Source of the DNA: Pyrinomonadaceae bacterium
GTDB taxonomy: Bacteria; Acidobacteriota; Blastocatellia; Pyrinomonadales; Pyrinomonadaceae
Length of the DNA: 64,000 nucleotides
Assembly (NCBI GenBank): GCA_035645715.1
Contig: DASQMB010000056.1
Coordinates: forward strand, 18,551 to 82,550
Direction of reading: 5' to 3'
Part shown: positions 37,558 to 48,461 of the stretch, piece by piece
Numbering within the stretch: the first letter of the stretch is position 1
Layout of the letters: every line of letters begins with the position of its first letter
Program-made: the position numbers and the translations under genes
The notes under the pieces: generated by a model
Seen by the model: only the letters and a program-made list of their open reading frames with translations
Databases searched by the model: none
Told to the model about the DNA's origin: nothing

Positions 37558-38190
37558 TCAGAAGTCTTCGTCGTCCTCGTCGGCCTGGTCGAGGGCGTTG
37601 ACTATCCAGCGCGCCTCCTCGGAGCCGTACTCGTCGGCCTGACCTTCGAGGGCGTAGCGGGCCGTGTCGGAGTCTACGGGGTCGCCGAGCAGCCCGATGA
37701 GCGCGGCCGTCGGCAGTTGCAGCAGCGCCTCCTGGGCGACGGCGCGCACAGACGGGTCGGGGCAGCGGGCCAACTCACACAACTCGCTCGGCGCGAGGCG
37801 GGCCGTCATCACGTCGGCCAGGGCGTCCACGCGGACGTAATCGCGCGAGCGGAAGGCGCGGCCCAGAAGCTGGGCGAAGACCTCGGCCGAGCGCGCGCCG
37901 TTGTGGAGGACCGAGGCGCAGGTCTCGGCCATCCGCGCCAGCTCGCGCGTCTGCTCGTCGCTGAGGGCCGAGGGGCCGCCCTCGGCCGCGCGCTCGTCGA
38001 GGGCGGCGAGAAGTCGGCTCAACTCCCACTCGGAGCGCGCGTCGTAAGAGGTCTCGCCGCGCGGCGCCGGGTTCGGGTTGACGGGCGGTTGTGAGGCGGA
38101 GAGGGCGCGCTCGAACAGGCTGCGCGTCGAGGGCCTCAGCCCCTGCCAGACGCTCGCCACGCGCGCGCCGAAGTCTTCAATCATCATCAT
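37558..38190 (-). CDS. Hypothetical protein with acidic C-terminus
   Basis: The ORF is 210 aa with coding-like GC3 and ends DQADEDDEDF. I recognise no family. Confidence 0.7.
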   Translation of the reverse strand: MMMIEDFGARVASVWQGLRPSTRSLFERALSASQPPVNPNPAPRGETSYDARSEWELSRLLAALDERAAEGGPSALSDEQTRELARMAETCASVLHNGARSAEVFAQLLGRAFRSRDYVRVDALADVMTARLAPSELCELARCPDPSVRAVAQEALLQLPTAALIGLLGDPVDSDTARYALEGQADEYGSEEARWIVNALDQADEDDEDF

Positions 38191-38263
38191 TCAATTCGTC
38201 TCCCGCTCGTGGGTCGGGACACGACGAATATAACAGAAAACGGGCCGGCGGTCAGCCGCCGAT

Positions 38264-38482
38264 TCAGCCGTTGTGGTCAATAATCTCGGCGATTTCGGCG
38301 AAGAGAATTTTGACGACCTCGCCGTCGGCCCGCTCGATCTTGACGCTCGGGCGGGTGAGCGCCTGCGTCTGCTTGAGGCTGCGGACGACGCCGCGGACGC
38401 GCGTGCCGTCGCCGCGCACGATCTCGACGTTGCCCTTGCCGTAGAGCGGCTGGAGGGCCGCCAGTGCTTTGCTCACGTCCAC
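38264..38482 (-). CDS. Small hypothetical protein (72 aa)
   Basis: The GTG start at 38482 is preceded by GGGAG at about 10 nt. The product is VDVSKALAALQPLYGKGNVEIVRGDGTRVRGVVRSLKQTQ... The longer track ORF adds an Arg/Pro-rich extension. Confidence 0.6.
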   Translation of the reverse strand: MDVSKALAALQPLYGKGNVEIVRGDGTRVRGVVRSLKQTQALTRPSVKIERADGEVVKILFAEIAEIIDHNG

Positions 38483-38787
38483 AGAAATTTCACTCCCAGG
38501 GCGCCGGCCGCCCGGAACGCGGCGGGTCCGCGCGGCGGCGGGTCTCGAAAGCTCCGTCCGCCGCGACGTGGCACATGGTGTGCCGCCGCGTGCGCCGGGC
38601 CTTGCGTGCGCGGACCCGAAAGGCCAGAATGCCTGTCGTCCTGACGGCCGGGGCACGGGAATGTAGTCTAAGTCTCACGCCGCCCGCGTGCAACCGCGCC
38701 GCTCTGAAGGTCGTATATTTGATGCACACGTCGCCGGCCGCACGCCGCGCCGGCCCACTTCCCCAAATAAGGTTCGGCTGGAGAGCT

Positions 38788-39834
38788 ATGCAGAACGAAC
38801 AGTACGCCAACCGAGCGGCCGAGGTCATCTGCCCGAGCTGCCGCGCCTCGCTGACGGCGGGCCTGCGCTTCTGCCGCATGTGCGGCTACCGCCTCGGCGA
38901 AGGGACGGATGAGTACAACGAGACGCGGCGCTTCGACGCCGCGGCCGGCCCCGCCGCTGCAGCCGCGGGCGCTCCACCGCGGGCGGCGGACCCGTTCGCC
39001 TCCCGCCGGACGGCGGACCCCTTCGCCCCGCAATCGGCCTGGGGCGCGGTCCCCATGGCGCCGCTCGCGCCGGGCGCCGGCTCAACCTTTGGCCGCCTGT
39101 CGCGCGCCTGCAACCCGGCCCGCATGGGCTGGTTCGGCTGGCTGGTGCTCTCGCTGGCGCTCATCTTCGCCGTCGGCATAGGGGTGAAGATGATGCGCGG
39201 CCAGCGCTCGGCGGGCGCGGTCCGGCAGGCGCAGATTTCGGTCTCTATCCCGCGCGAGGTTGACGGCTTCGAGACGGCCGACGGCGGCGGCGTCTTTATC
39301 GAGGGGCTCTCCGGCCCCGATACCTCGATTGAGCGCGCCGGCCTGCTCGGCGGCGACATCATCATCAGCCTCGACAACCAGGCGGTCCGCAACGTGTCGG
39401 CCCTGCGGAGGGTTTTGGCCGCGACGCCGCCGGGCAAGTCCGTCGAGGTCGTCTTCATCCGCGACGGCGAGAGGAGGACGGCCGCGCTCAACACGATGCA
39501 CGAGAAGGAGTACCGCGGCATGGAGCCGATTGACAGCCGGCCGGGCGGGCGCGGTCTCTTCGGTGTGGACGTGGGCAGCCGCGTGCGCCTGCCCGACTCG
39601 AATCTCTACGGGGTGGAGCTCGACGGGGTCAACCGCAACGGCCCGGCGGGCCTCTCGGGGCTTAAGAGGGGCGACGTGGTAGTCGAGGTGAACGGGAAGC
39701 CGACCCGCACGAGCGGCGACCTGCGGCTGCGGATTTACGAGGCGATGCCCGGCAGCACGATTCCCGTCGTCGTCTTCCGCGACGGCCAGCGGATGGAAAT
39801 GCAGGTCAAGGTGGGGAGCAGCCGGGACAACTGA
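38788..39834 (+). CDS. Zinc-ribbon / single-TM / PDZ-domain protein
   Basis: The ATG at 38788 follows GGAGAG. It has the zinc ribbon CPSCRASLTAGLRFCRMCG, the TM helix WFGWLVLSLALIFAVGIGV, and two PDZ-like segments (GLLGGDIIISLDNQAV, GLKRGDVVVEVNGKP). Confidence 0.85.
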   Translation: MQNEQYANRAAEVICPSCRASLTAGLRFCRMCGYRLGEGTDEYNETRRFDAAAGPAAAAAGAPPRAADPFASRRTADPFAPQSAWGAVPMAPLAPGAGSTFGRLSRACNPARMGWFGWLVLSLALIFAVGIGVKMMRGQRSAGAVRQAQISVSIPREVDGFETADGGGVFIEGLSGPDTSIERAGLLGGDIIISLDNQAVRNVSALRRVLAATPPGKSVEVVFIRDGERRTAALNTMHEKEYRGMEPIDSRPGGRGLFGVDVGSRVRLPDSNLYGVELDGVNRNGPAGLSGLKRGDVVVEVNGKPTRTSGDLRLRIYEAMPGSTIPVVVFRDGQRMEMQVKVGSSRDN

Positions 39835-39870
39835 CGGGCGCGAGCGCGACGGGTGCGGAGCGACGGCCGC

Positions 39871-40224
39871 TCAGGCGCGCGGGCCGGCGTGCTCGACGAG
39901 ACGGGCCTCCATCTCGCGCCGCACGTCGTCGCGGTCCTCCTCGGGCTCGTCCGGCTCGAACAGCTCGAAGAGCGCGTAAGGCGTCGGGCCGACCAGCCGC
40001 AGCTCCCACGCCTCGCGCCCGCCCTGCGCGCCGCGCGTGAACCACACCGCGTCCACCTCAGACTCGCAGACCGGCATCCCCTCGAACATCGTCTCGCCCG
40101 CGGCCGGCTCGCCGCCGCCGCCCAACTCGGCAAGCGCCGCCCTCGTCAACAGAGCGCGCGCCGGCCGCCAGCCGTGCTTGCGGTAGACCGACAGTACCTC
40201 TCGAAAATTTTCCAGACGCCCCAT
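39871..40224 (-). CDS. Hypothetical protein (117 aa)
   Basis: The ORF has coding-like composition. I recognise no family. Confidence 0.55.
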   Translation of the reverse strand: MGRLENFREVLSVYRKHGWRPARALLTRAALAELGGGGEPAAGETMFEGMPVCESEVDAVWFTRGAQGGREAWELRLVGPTPYALFELFEPDEPEEDRDDVRREMEARLVEHAGPRA

Positions 40225-40569
40225 AATTAACGCAGCGCGCGCACTTTCGGCCCCGCCGGTGCTTTCAGGATACAGCAGGCGCCACAGCGCGGCACAGCGC
40301 GGCCCCGGCCCGCGCCGCCCGCCCGCCGGGGCACGGCGGCGACGGCGGGGCGGCCCGCTGATTGACGGCGCGGACGCTTGCCGCGTTAGCCCTCGAAGGC
40401 GCGCAGTCGCCGACCGCGCTTGTCCGCGCGGCCCGCGTTAGTTACATTTCCGAGTCCGAAGGCGTGCGTGGCGGCCGGGTGGTCGCGGCGGGCGCCGTCA
40501 GAAACATTCCGAGGCCCCCATGGCGGGGAGATTGGCGGGCTCGTTATCCAAAGATTACGTGAGGAACCT

Positions 40570-41370
40570 ATGGGCGCTGCGGGCGGGGGGCGCAGGGCCT
40601 TCTTCGCTGCCGTCGAGCGAGCTTTCGCGCGGCACGGCCGGGGGCTCGAAACGTGTTGCCCGGCGGGCGACTCGGTTGCGTGGCGGGTGCTCGCCGAGTA
40701 CGGCGCGATGTTCGTCGCCGAGGGTGTGGCGCTGCCGCCCGTCTGCGTCTTCGAGAGTGAGGAGGAGGTCGAGCGTTTCCAGCGCGAGGCGGGCTGGCGC
40801 GTCGAGACGCTCGAAGGGCTCGAGATCGGGTTGCAGCCGGCCGCGATGGAAGCGCTGCTGCGCGCGCGCGCCGAGGGGCGAAGGCTCGGGCTGACCTTGA
40901 CGCCGCGCGGCGGCCCCGAGGCCGGGCGGCGCACCTTCGACGACTCGCTGCGCCTCTGGCGCTCGCGCTGCGACCCTGCGCTCGAACACTGGTGCGGCCG
41001 GGGCCGCCTCTCGCGCGACGAGGCCGAGCGGGTGCGCTCTCTGCCGTCGCGCGAGCAGGTGGCGGCCGTGCTCAAGCTCGAAGCCGAGGGCATCTTCTTC
41101 AGCAAAGACCTGCGCAAGAGCATCCTGCATTCGGTGGCCGCGCCCGGCACCTCGCAGCACCTCGCCATGCTCGCCTTCGACGTGGCCGAGTACTCCGAGC
41201 CGGCCGTGCGCCGCCTGCTCGCCCGCCACGGCTGGTTCCAGACGGTCGTGAGCGACCTGCCGCACTTCACCTACCTCGGCCTCGCCGAAGAAGATTTGAC
41301 GGCGCGCGGCCTGCGGCGGGTCGAGTCGGAGGGGCAGGAGTTCTGGATACCCGACCTCGCGGACGGCTGA
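40570..41370 (+). CDS. M15-family (VanY-like) D-Ala-D-Ala carboxypeptidase-type protein
   Basis: The metal-ligand pattern is GTSQHLAMLAFDV (SxHxxGxAxD-like) together with SDLPHFTYLG. The ATG at 40570 follows GAGGAA. No signal peptide is apparent. Confidence 0.75.
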   Translation: MGAAGGGRRAFFAAVERAFARHGRGLETCCPAGDSVAWRVLAEYGAMFVAEGVALPPVCVFESEEEVERFQREAGWRVETLEGLEIGLQPAAMEALLRARAEGRRLGLTLTPRGGPEAGRRTFDDSLRLWRSRCDPALEHWCGRGRLSRDEAERVRSLPSREQVAAVLKLEAEGIFFSKDLRKSILHSVAAPGTSQHLAMLAFDVAEYSEPAVRRLLARHGWFQTVVSDLPHFTYLGLAEEDLTARGLRRVESEGQEFWIPDLADG

Positions 41371-41614
41371 CGTTGGGCGCGCGTCGCCCCGTCGCCCGCG
41401 CCAGGCGCGCCGCCCGTTTTGTCTCGGCCCGCCCGCCCTGCCCGAGTGCCGTTTACTTTTAACTCGGATTGTGAGAAAGAGTCGGGCCTCGGCCCGACGG
41501 GCGTTTCGGCCTGATGGCCCTCGTCTTAAATTCTTTCGGCTTCGGCGCCGGAAACACTCGGCCGAGCGCGGCGGTCGCGCGGCGCGGCCGCCACAAACCC
41601 AAAAGGAGAGCGAA

Positions 41615-42106
41615 ATGATCCCCTGCCCTTCGTGTGGAGCAGACAACGTCGAAGGCACGCGTTTTTGTGTGAAGTGCGGCTCGGGGCTGCCCTCTTCGCC
41701 GCAGCCCGAGCAGTGGCGCTACAGCGGCGACCTCGGCCAGACCCAGACCGAGCAGCGCCAGCAGACAGGCGGCTATGCCCCGCCGCCGCCCGGCTACCCG
41801 GCCTACAACCCCGGCCAGAACATGATGTACCAGCATCCGGGCGGCGCCGACTGGCAGGCGAAGGGCGCCGACAAGAAGGTTGCGGCCGGGCTGTGCGGCA
41901 TCCTGCTCGGCAGCCTCGGCATACACAAGTTCATCCTCGGCTACTCGACCGAAGGCATCATCATGCTTCTGATCACGGTTCTGACCTGCGGCATCGGCGG
42001 GATGGTGACGGGCGTCATCGGCCTGGTCGAGGGCATCATCTACCTGACCAAGTCTGACGAGGAGTTTGTCAGGACTTACGTCCAGAACAAGAAGGGCTGG
42101 TTCTGA
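41615..42106 (+). CDS. Zinc-ribbon plus TM2-domain membrane protein
   Basis: The ATG follows AAGGAGAG. It has CPSCGADNVEGTRFCVKCG, a Pro/Gly/Tyr-rich linker, and the TM2-like segment VAAGLCGILLGSLGIHKFILGY...GGMVTGVIGLVEGIIYL. Confidence 0.85.
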   Translation: MIPCPSCGADNVEGTRFCVKCGSGLPSSPQPEQWRYSGDLGQTQTEQRQQTGGYAPPPPGYPAYNPGQNMMYQHPGGADWQAKGADKKVAAGLCGILLGSLGIHKFILGYSTEGIIMLLITVLTCGIGGMVTGVIGLVEGIIYLTKSDEEFVRTYVQNKKGWF

Positions 42107-42130
42107 GCCGGGCGTGCGTGAGGTAGAGTC

Positions 42131-42556
42131 GTGAGGTCAACGAAGACGGTCGCGTTCGTGTCGGGCGCTGCGCTGCTCGCGTCGCTGGCGGCGCTGCGCG
42201 CGGCGGCGACGACCACGCCGGGCGCCGTCCTCTTCGCCGGCCACGAGCTGCGCTGGGCCTGCCCCTTCAAGCTCTGGCTCGGGGCCGACTGTCCGGGCTG
42301 CGGGATGACGCGCGGCGTCGTGCTCGCGCTGGGCGGCCGCTGGGAAGAGGCGCTGGCCCTGAACCCCGGCGGGCCGCTTCTGGTTCTGGGGGCGCTGCTG
42401 TTCGGGGCGGCGCTGCTGTTGCTCCCGCCGCTGTCGCTGTCGCGTGACGCGTCGTGGTTCGGCGCCGCGCTCGGCCGCCTGGGGAATACGGCCGCCGGCT
42501 ACGCCTGTCTGACGGCGGCCGTCGTCCTGGTCCGCTGGACGCTCGCACTCGCCTGA
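42131..42556 (+). CDS. DUF2752-like membrane protein
   Basis: It carries the characteristic CPFKLWLGADCPGCGMTRG motif, followed by TM helices. Confidence 0.8.
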   Translation: MRSTKTVAFVSGAALLASLAALRAAATTTPGAVLFAGHELRWACPFKLWLGADCPGCGMTRGVVLALGGRWEEALALNPGGPLLVLGALLFGAALLLLPPLSLSRDASWFGAALGRLGNTAAGYACLTAAVVLVRWTLALA

Positions 42557-42787
42557 CGCCCCACGCGAAAAATCCTTGCCACGCGGCCAGGAAGTGATAA
42601 ACTTCACCGCTCCTGACGATTCGGAGATGCCGAGCCGTCGCTTCTCCCCTTAACGTTAAAAGACAGTCCCAACTGTTTCACCCGGACCGCTTCCGGTCAC
42701 GTCGCTTCTTTTCAGCCCCCTCGCTCTTTCGCTGAAAGTGTGCGTTACCGTCGGCGACCCTTCTTTCCCGAACGAGAGGGTCACAAG

Positions 42788-44365
42788 ATGGACACCCCCC
42801 AGGTAATCGCCGGCCGGTTCCGCGTCGAGTGCGAGATCGGCCGGGGCGGCATGGGCACGGTCTACCGCGCCTCACACCTCGGCCTCGAACGCGTGGTCGC
42901 CGTCAAAGTTCTCAAGCCGGAGTTTTCGGCCGACCGCGAGGTGGCCGAGCGCTTCATGCGCGAGGCCCGCACGATGGCCCGGCTGCGCCACCCGCGCGCC
43001 GCCATGATCTTCGACGCCGGCCACCTCTCCGACGGCCGCCCCTTCATCGTCATGGAGTACGTCGAGGGCTCGACGCTCGCCGAGACGCTGGCGCGCGACG
43101 GGCAGTTCGCGCCCGAGCGGGCCGTCGGCGTGGCCGCCGAGATTTGCGACGTGCTGGCCGAGGCCCACGCCCTCGGCATCATCCACCGTGACCTCAAGCC
43201 CTCGAACATCATGCTCAACGGGCGCGGCGTCTGCGTGCTCGACTTCGGCATCGCCAAAGTCTTGCAGACCTCGACCGAGGTGACGCGCACGCACGCGACG
43301 ACCGAGACCGGCCTCGTCATCGGCACGCCGCGCTACATGTCGCCCGAGCAGTGCCTCGGCCACCAGATCGGGCCGGCCAGCGACCTCTACAGCGTCGGCG
43401 TCCTGCTCTACGAGATGCTGACGGGCCGGCCGCCCTTCGTGGACCAACTCTCTTCGGCCGTGCTCGTCAAGCAGGCGACGGCCGCGCCGCCGCCGCTCTC
43501 GGCCCTCCAGCCCGAGTGCCCGCCGGCACTGGCCGCGGCCGTCCACTCGCTGCTCTCGAAGAACCCTGCGCAGCGCCCGGCCAGCGCCGTCGAGGCGCGC
43601 CGGCTGCTCGAAGAGGGTGTGGCGCGCCGGCCCCGCGCGGCTGAGGCGGCGGGCGCCGCGCCCGAGCCGTTCACGAACACCGTGGCCGCGCTCAACGCCG
43701 GCCGCTTCGCCTTTACGCGGGTGGCGACGGCCTTCGCCGTGCTCGCCATGATCTGCGTGGCGCTGGTAGCGCTCTCGGCAGGCTCGGCCGACGCGGGCGA
43801 GCCTGCCGCCCCAGTGGCGGAGGGGGCGCTCGAAGCCGCCGCGCGGCTCAGGCCGCGGGGGCTCGTGCGCAGGGCCGAGCCGTCGCTCTCGGAGGTGGAG
43901 GCGCGCGCCCTCGCCGCCAGACTGACGCGGGGCCAGGTCTCGGCCGCGCGTGCCATGCTGACCGACCGCGGCACGCTCGTCGCCGCCGTGGTCGAGGACC
44001 GTGCCGACGGCCTCGCTCGCCTCTATCTCATCGAGCGCGGCAAGGACCGCACCTTCCGCATCACCGACCGTGTGCCGCTCGACGTGGAGGGCTTCCGCGG
44101 GGCCGAATGGACCGAGGAGGTCGCAGACCTCGACGGCGACGGCTACTCCGAGATCGTCTGCGCGGGCCAGAACCCTGCCGACTACGAGCGGGACGGCCGC
44201 CGCTTCGTCGTCTTCGCGCCCCGCAAGTGGCAGGTCTACAGTCTCCACGTCGCGCCCGAGGCGGGGGCAGCCTCGCGGCTGCGCGCCACCTGGTCGCCCA
44301 ACTCGATGGACGACGACGCACGCCGCTTCCGCCGCGCCATGCGGCTGCGCGCGCAGGCGCCCTGA
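42788..44365 (+). CDS. Hanks-type Ser/Thr protein kinase with TM segment and extracytoplasmic domain
   Basis: Kinase motifs are GRGGMGTVYRA, VAVK, HRDLKPSNIML, DFGIAK and GTPRYMSPEQ. The C-terminal region includes DLDGDGYSEIVCAG (FG-GAP/VCBS-like). Confidence 0.9.
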   Translation: MDTPQVIAGRFRVECEIGRGGMGTVYRASHLGLERVVAVKVLKPEFSADREVAERFMREARTMARLRHPRAAMIFDAGHLSDGRPFIVMEYVEGSTLAETLARDGQFAPERAVGVAAEICDVLAEAHALGIIHRDLKPSNIMLNGRGVCVLDFGIAKVLQTSTEVTRTHATTETGLVIGTPRYMSPEQCLGHQIGPASDLYSVGVLLYEMLTGRPPFVDQLSSAVLVKQATAAPPPLSALQPECPPALAAAVHSLLSKNPAQRPASAVEARRLLEEGVARRPRAAEAAGAAPEPFTNTVAALNAGRFAFTRVATAFAVLAMICVALVALSAGSADAGEPAAPVAEGALEAAARLRPRGLVRRAEPSLSEVEARALAARLTRGQVSAARAMLTDRGTLVAAVVEDRADGLARLYLIERGKDRTFRITDRVPLDVEGFRGAEWTEEVADLDGDGYSEIVCAGQNPADYERDGRRFVVFAPRKWQVYSLHVAPEAGAASRLRATWSPNSMDDDARRFRRAMRLRAQAP

Positions 44366-44401
44366 AACCGACCGCGCCGGTACGACCGCGACGATCTCTG
44401 T

Positions 44402-44442
44402 AAGGCGAAGGCGGGAGGGTCAAATCCCCCGTCCTTCGCCTT
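44402..44442 (+). terminator. Hairpin downstream of the kinase gene (no clear U tract)
   Basis: The arms are aaggcgaaggcgggaggg and cccccgtccttcgcctt, forming an imperfect stem. Confidence 0.4.
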
Positions 44443-44677
44443 CGGCGCTTCGTCCCCCTTTAGCCCCATAAATCTCGCCCGAAACGCCCCGGCCGCCGGG
44501 CCGCTTTTTACTTTTGCGCGGCTTAAGCGGGGGCAACCGCGCGTGCTATCATCGCCTCCAAGTTGCGAACCGGGGCCGAGTCTGAATCCGCCGCCAGCCG
44601 CCTTCTTCGGGCTTCGCGCGCGCGGCTCGCACGGGCCGAGGACGCGCCGAGAGACCGTCCAGACATTCGGAAGAGCT

Positions 44678-46213
<1,536 letters not shown>

Positions 46214-46259
46214 AGAGGCAAGTGAAGAGGCAGGTGAAGAGAAGGGACGGGGGCGGAAG

Positions 46260-47765
46260 GTGAAATCAGTGGGCGAAGATTCGAGAGTGAAGAAGGCGGC
46301 CGGCGCGGCGCCGAAGCGGTCGGCCGCAGGGCTCGGCCGCAGGCTGGCGGCGGCGCTCCTCGCGCTCGCGCTGCTCGCGTCGGGCCTGGCCGCGTTAGTC
46401 GCGGCCCAGTCTCAGGAGCGTCCGAACCCGGCGCCCGCGGCGCAGTCGGCCGGGCCTGCGGCGCCGACGGCCGACCGCTCGACGGCCGCGCTCTCGCGCG
46501 AGGCGGCCGAGGCGGCGCGGCTCGTCACGGAGTTCGAGGCGAACGGCCTCAAGGTGCTGGTCAAGCGGCGCGAGGCGAGCCAGTCGGTCGTGGCCGGCCT
46601 CTTCCTGCGCGGCGGGTCGCGCAACGTCACGGCCGAGAACGCCGGCGTCGAAGCACTGATGCTCGACGTGGCGACCGAGGCCAGCCAGAACTTCCCGCGC
46701 GACCGGATGCGGCGCGAGACCTCGCGCCTCGGCACCAGCCTGAGCTACGGCGTCAACCAGGACTACTCGGTCTTCTCGCTCGGCAGCACGCGCCAGCACT
46801 TCGACCGCTCCTGGGAGATTTTCGCCGACGCGGCGCTCAGGCCCTCGTTCGCCCGCGAAGACTTCGAGCGCATCAAGAGCCGGCTCGTCGTCAACCGCAG
46901 CGACGACGACGACACCCCCGACTCGGCCCTCCAACTCCTCCAGTCGCGCGTGGCCTACGCCGGCCACCCTTACCTCAACGACCCGCGCGGCACGGCCGAG
47001 TCGGTCTCGCGGCTGACGCTCGAAGACGTGCGCCGCTTCCACCAGCAGATGATGCAGACCTCGCGCCTGCTGCTCGTCGTCGTCGGCGACGTGGACCCGC
47101 AGGACATACGGCGCAAGGCCGAGGCCACGTTCGCCAGGCTCCCGCGCGGCGACTACCGCCCCGCGCCCGTGCCCGAGCTGGCCTACAAGGCGGCCACGCT
47201 CGAAGTGGTGCCGCGGGGGCTGCCGACCAACTACGTCTCCGGCGTCTTCGTCGCGCCGGGCCTGACCGCGCCCGACATCTACGCGATGCGCATCGCGTCT
47301 TCCATCCTGCGCGACCGGGTCTTCTACGAGGTGCGCGTGCGCCGCAACCTCTCCTACGCGCCCGACGCCACGCTCGGCAGCCAGGGCGCCAACGTCGGCG
47401 GCCTCTACGTCACGGCCGTTGACGCCAGCCAGGCGATCCGCGTCATGCTCTACGAGGTCAAGCGCCTACAGACCGAGCCCATCAGGCCCGACGACATCAA
47501 GGCGCAGGCCCAGCAATACCTGACGCGCTATTACCTCGGGCAGGAGACCAACGCCGCGCAGGCCGGCGAGCTGGCGCAGTATGAGCTGATCGGCGGCGGC
47601 TGGCGCAACTCGGTAGACTTCATCGAGCGGCTGCGGGGCGTCACGCCCGAGGACGTGCAGCGCGTCGCCCGCCAGTACATGCGCAACATCCAGTTCGTCG
47701 TCATCGGCAACCCCGAGAGCATCGACCGCAACGCCTTCCTCGGCCAGGCGGAGGCGGGCCGGTAA
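46260..47765 (+). CDS. Secreted M16-family peptidase-like protein lacking HxxEH (non-catalytic partner type)
   Basis: It has M16 length and layout. The position equivalent to HxxEH reads ALMLDVATEAS. The start codon is GTG and a signal-like segment is present. Confidence 0.85.
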   Translation: MKSVGEDSRVKKAAGAAPKRSAAGLGRRLAAALLALALLASGLAALVAAQSQERPNPAPAAQSAGPAAPTADRSTAALSREAAEAARLVTEFEANGLKVLVKRREASQSVVAGLFLRGGSRNVTAENAGVEALMLDVATEASQNFPRDRMRRETSRLGTSLSYGVNQDYSVFSLGSTRQHFDRSWEIFADAALRPSFAREDFERIKSRLVVNRSDDDDTPDSALQLLQSRVAYAGHPYLNDPRGTAESVSRLTLEDVRRFHQQMMQTSRLLLVVVGDVDPQDIRRKAEATFARLPRGDYRPAPVPELAYKAATLEVVPRGLPTNYVSGVFVAPGLTAPDIYAMRIASSILRDRVFYEVRVRRNLSYAPDATLGSQGANVGGLYVTAVDASQAIRVMLYEVKRLQTEPIRPDDIKAQAQQYLTRYYLGQETNAAQAGELAQYELIGGGWRNSVDFIERLRGVTPEDVQRVARQYMRNIQFVVIGNPESIDRNAFLGQAEAGR

Positions 47766-47888
47766 GGGCGGCGGCTTGGGGAAAATAAAGGGAGGCCCGC
47801 GCAGGTCGTGCGAACACGACCTGCGCGGGCCTCACCTCTTTTCCGAGGCGGCCTTTCGGGCTCCCCGAGTCCTTACGGCTTCGGGGTC

Positions 47889-48431
47889 TTACGGAGTGGC
47901 GTGCGCCGGGGCGTCGGCCCCCTGCTCCGCCAGCGGCGGGGGCGGGACAACCGAGGTCGCCTCCCGCGTCGCCGCGCCGAGCTTGAGACAGGCCCGCAGG
48001 CCCGTGAACATGCAGTAGAGCGCGAAGGCGTGGAAGGCTATGCCGAGCCAGTCGGCGACGTAGACGAAGAGCAGCGAGTCGAGCGCGTAGAAGACCATCC
48101 CGGTGACGAAGGCCCAGGTGTGTCGCCGCTCGGACAGGTAGCCGGCCAGCGCGAAGGCCCCGACGATGCTCAGGTCGAGCGCGAGCGCGACGACCTTCGC
48201 CGCGTTGCCCACGCCCTCGGCCAGGCCGGCCGCCAGCGCGTCAATCACCTGCGTCACGCCGAGGCTCAGGATGAAGCCCCACTGGTTGCCCGAGAGCGAG
48301 ACCAGCGAGGTCAGCAGCGAGAGCGCCGCGATCCAGTAGAACCAGCGGGCGCCCGAGCGGCAGCGTTCTTCGAGCGCGGCCCGCTCGTCGAGTTCGGCGA
48401 TGAGGGTGTTGTTGTTGTCGAATAGTCCCAT
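47889..48431 (-). CDS. Hypothetical membrane protein
   Basis: It has four or five hydrophobic helices (WFYWIAALSLLTSLVSL, VVALALDLSIVGAFALAGYL and others). Confidence 0.7.
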   Translation of the reverse strand: MGLFDNNNTLIAELDERAALEERCRSGARWFYWIAALSLLTSLVSLSGNQWGFILSLGVTQVIDALAAGLAEGVGNAAKVVALALDLSIVGAFALAGYLSERRHTWAFVTGMVFYALDSLLFVYVADWLGIAFHAFALYCMFTGLRACLKLGAATREATSVVPPPPLAEQGADAPAHATP

Positions 48432-48461
48432 GACGTGACGGCTCCCGTTTTTAGATGCTGC

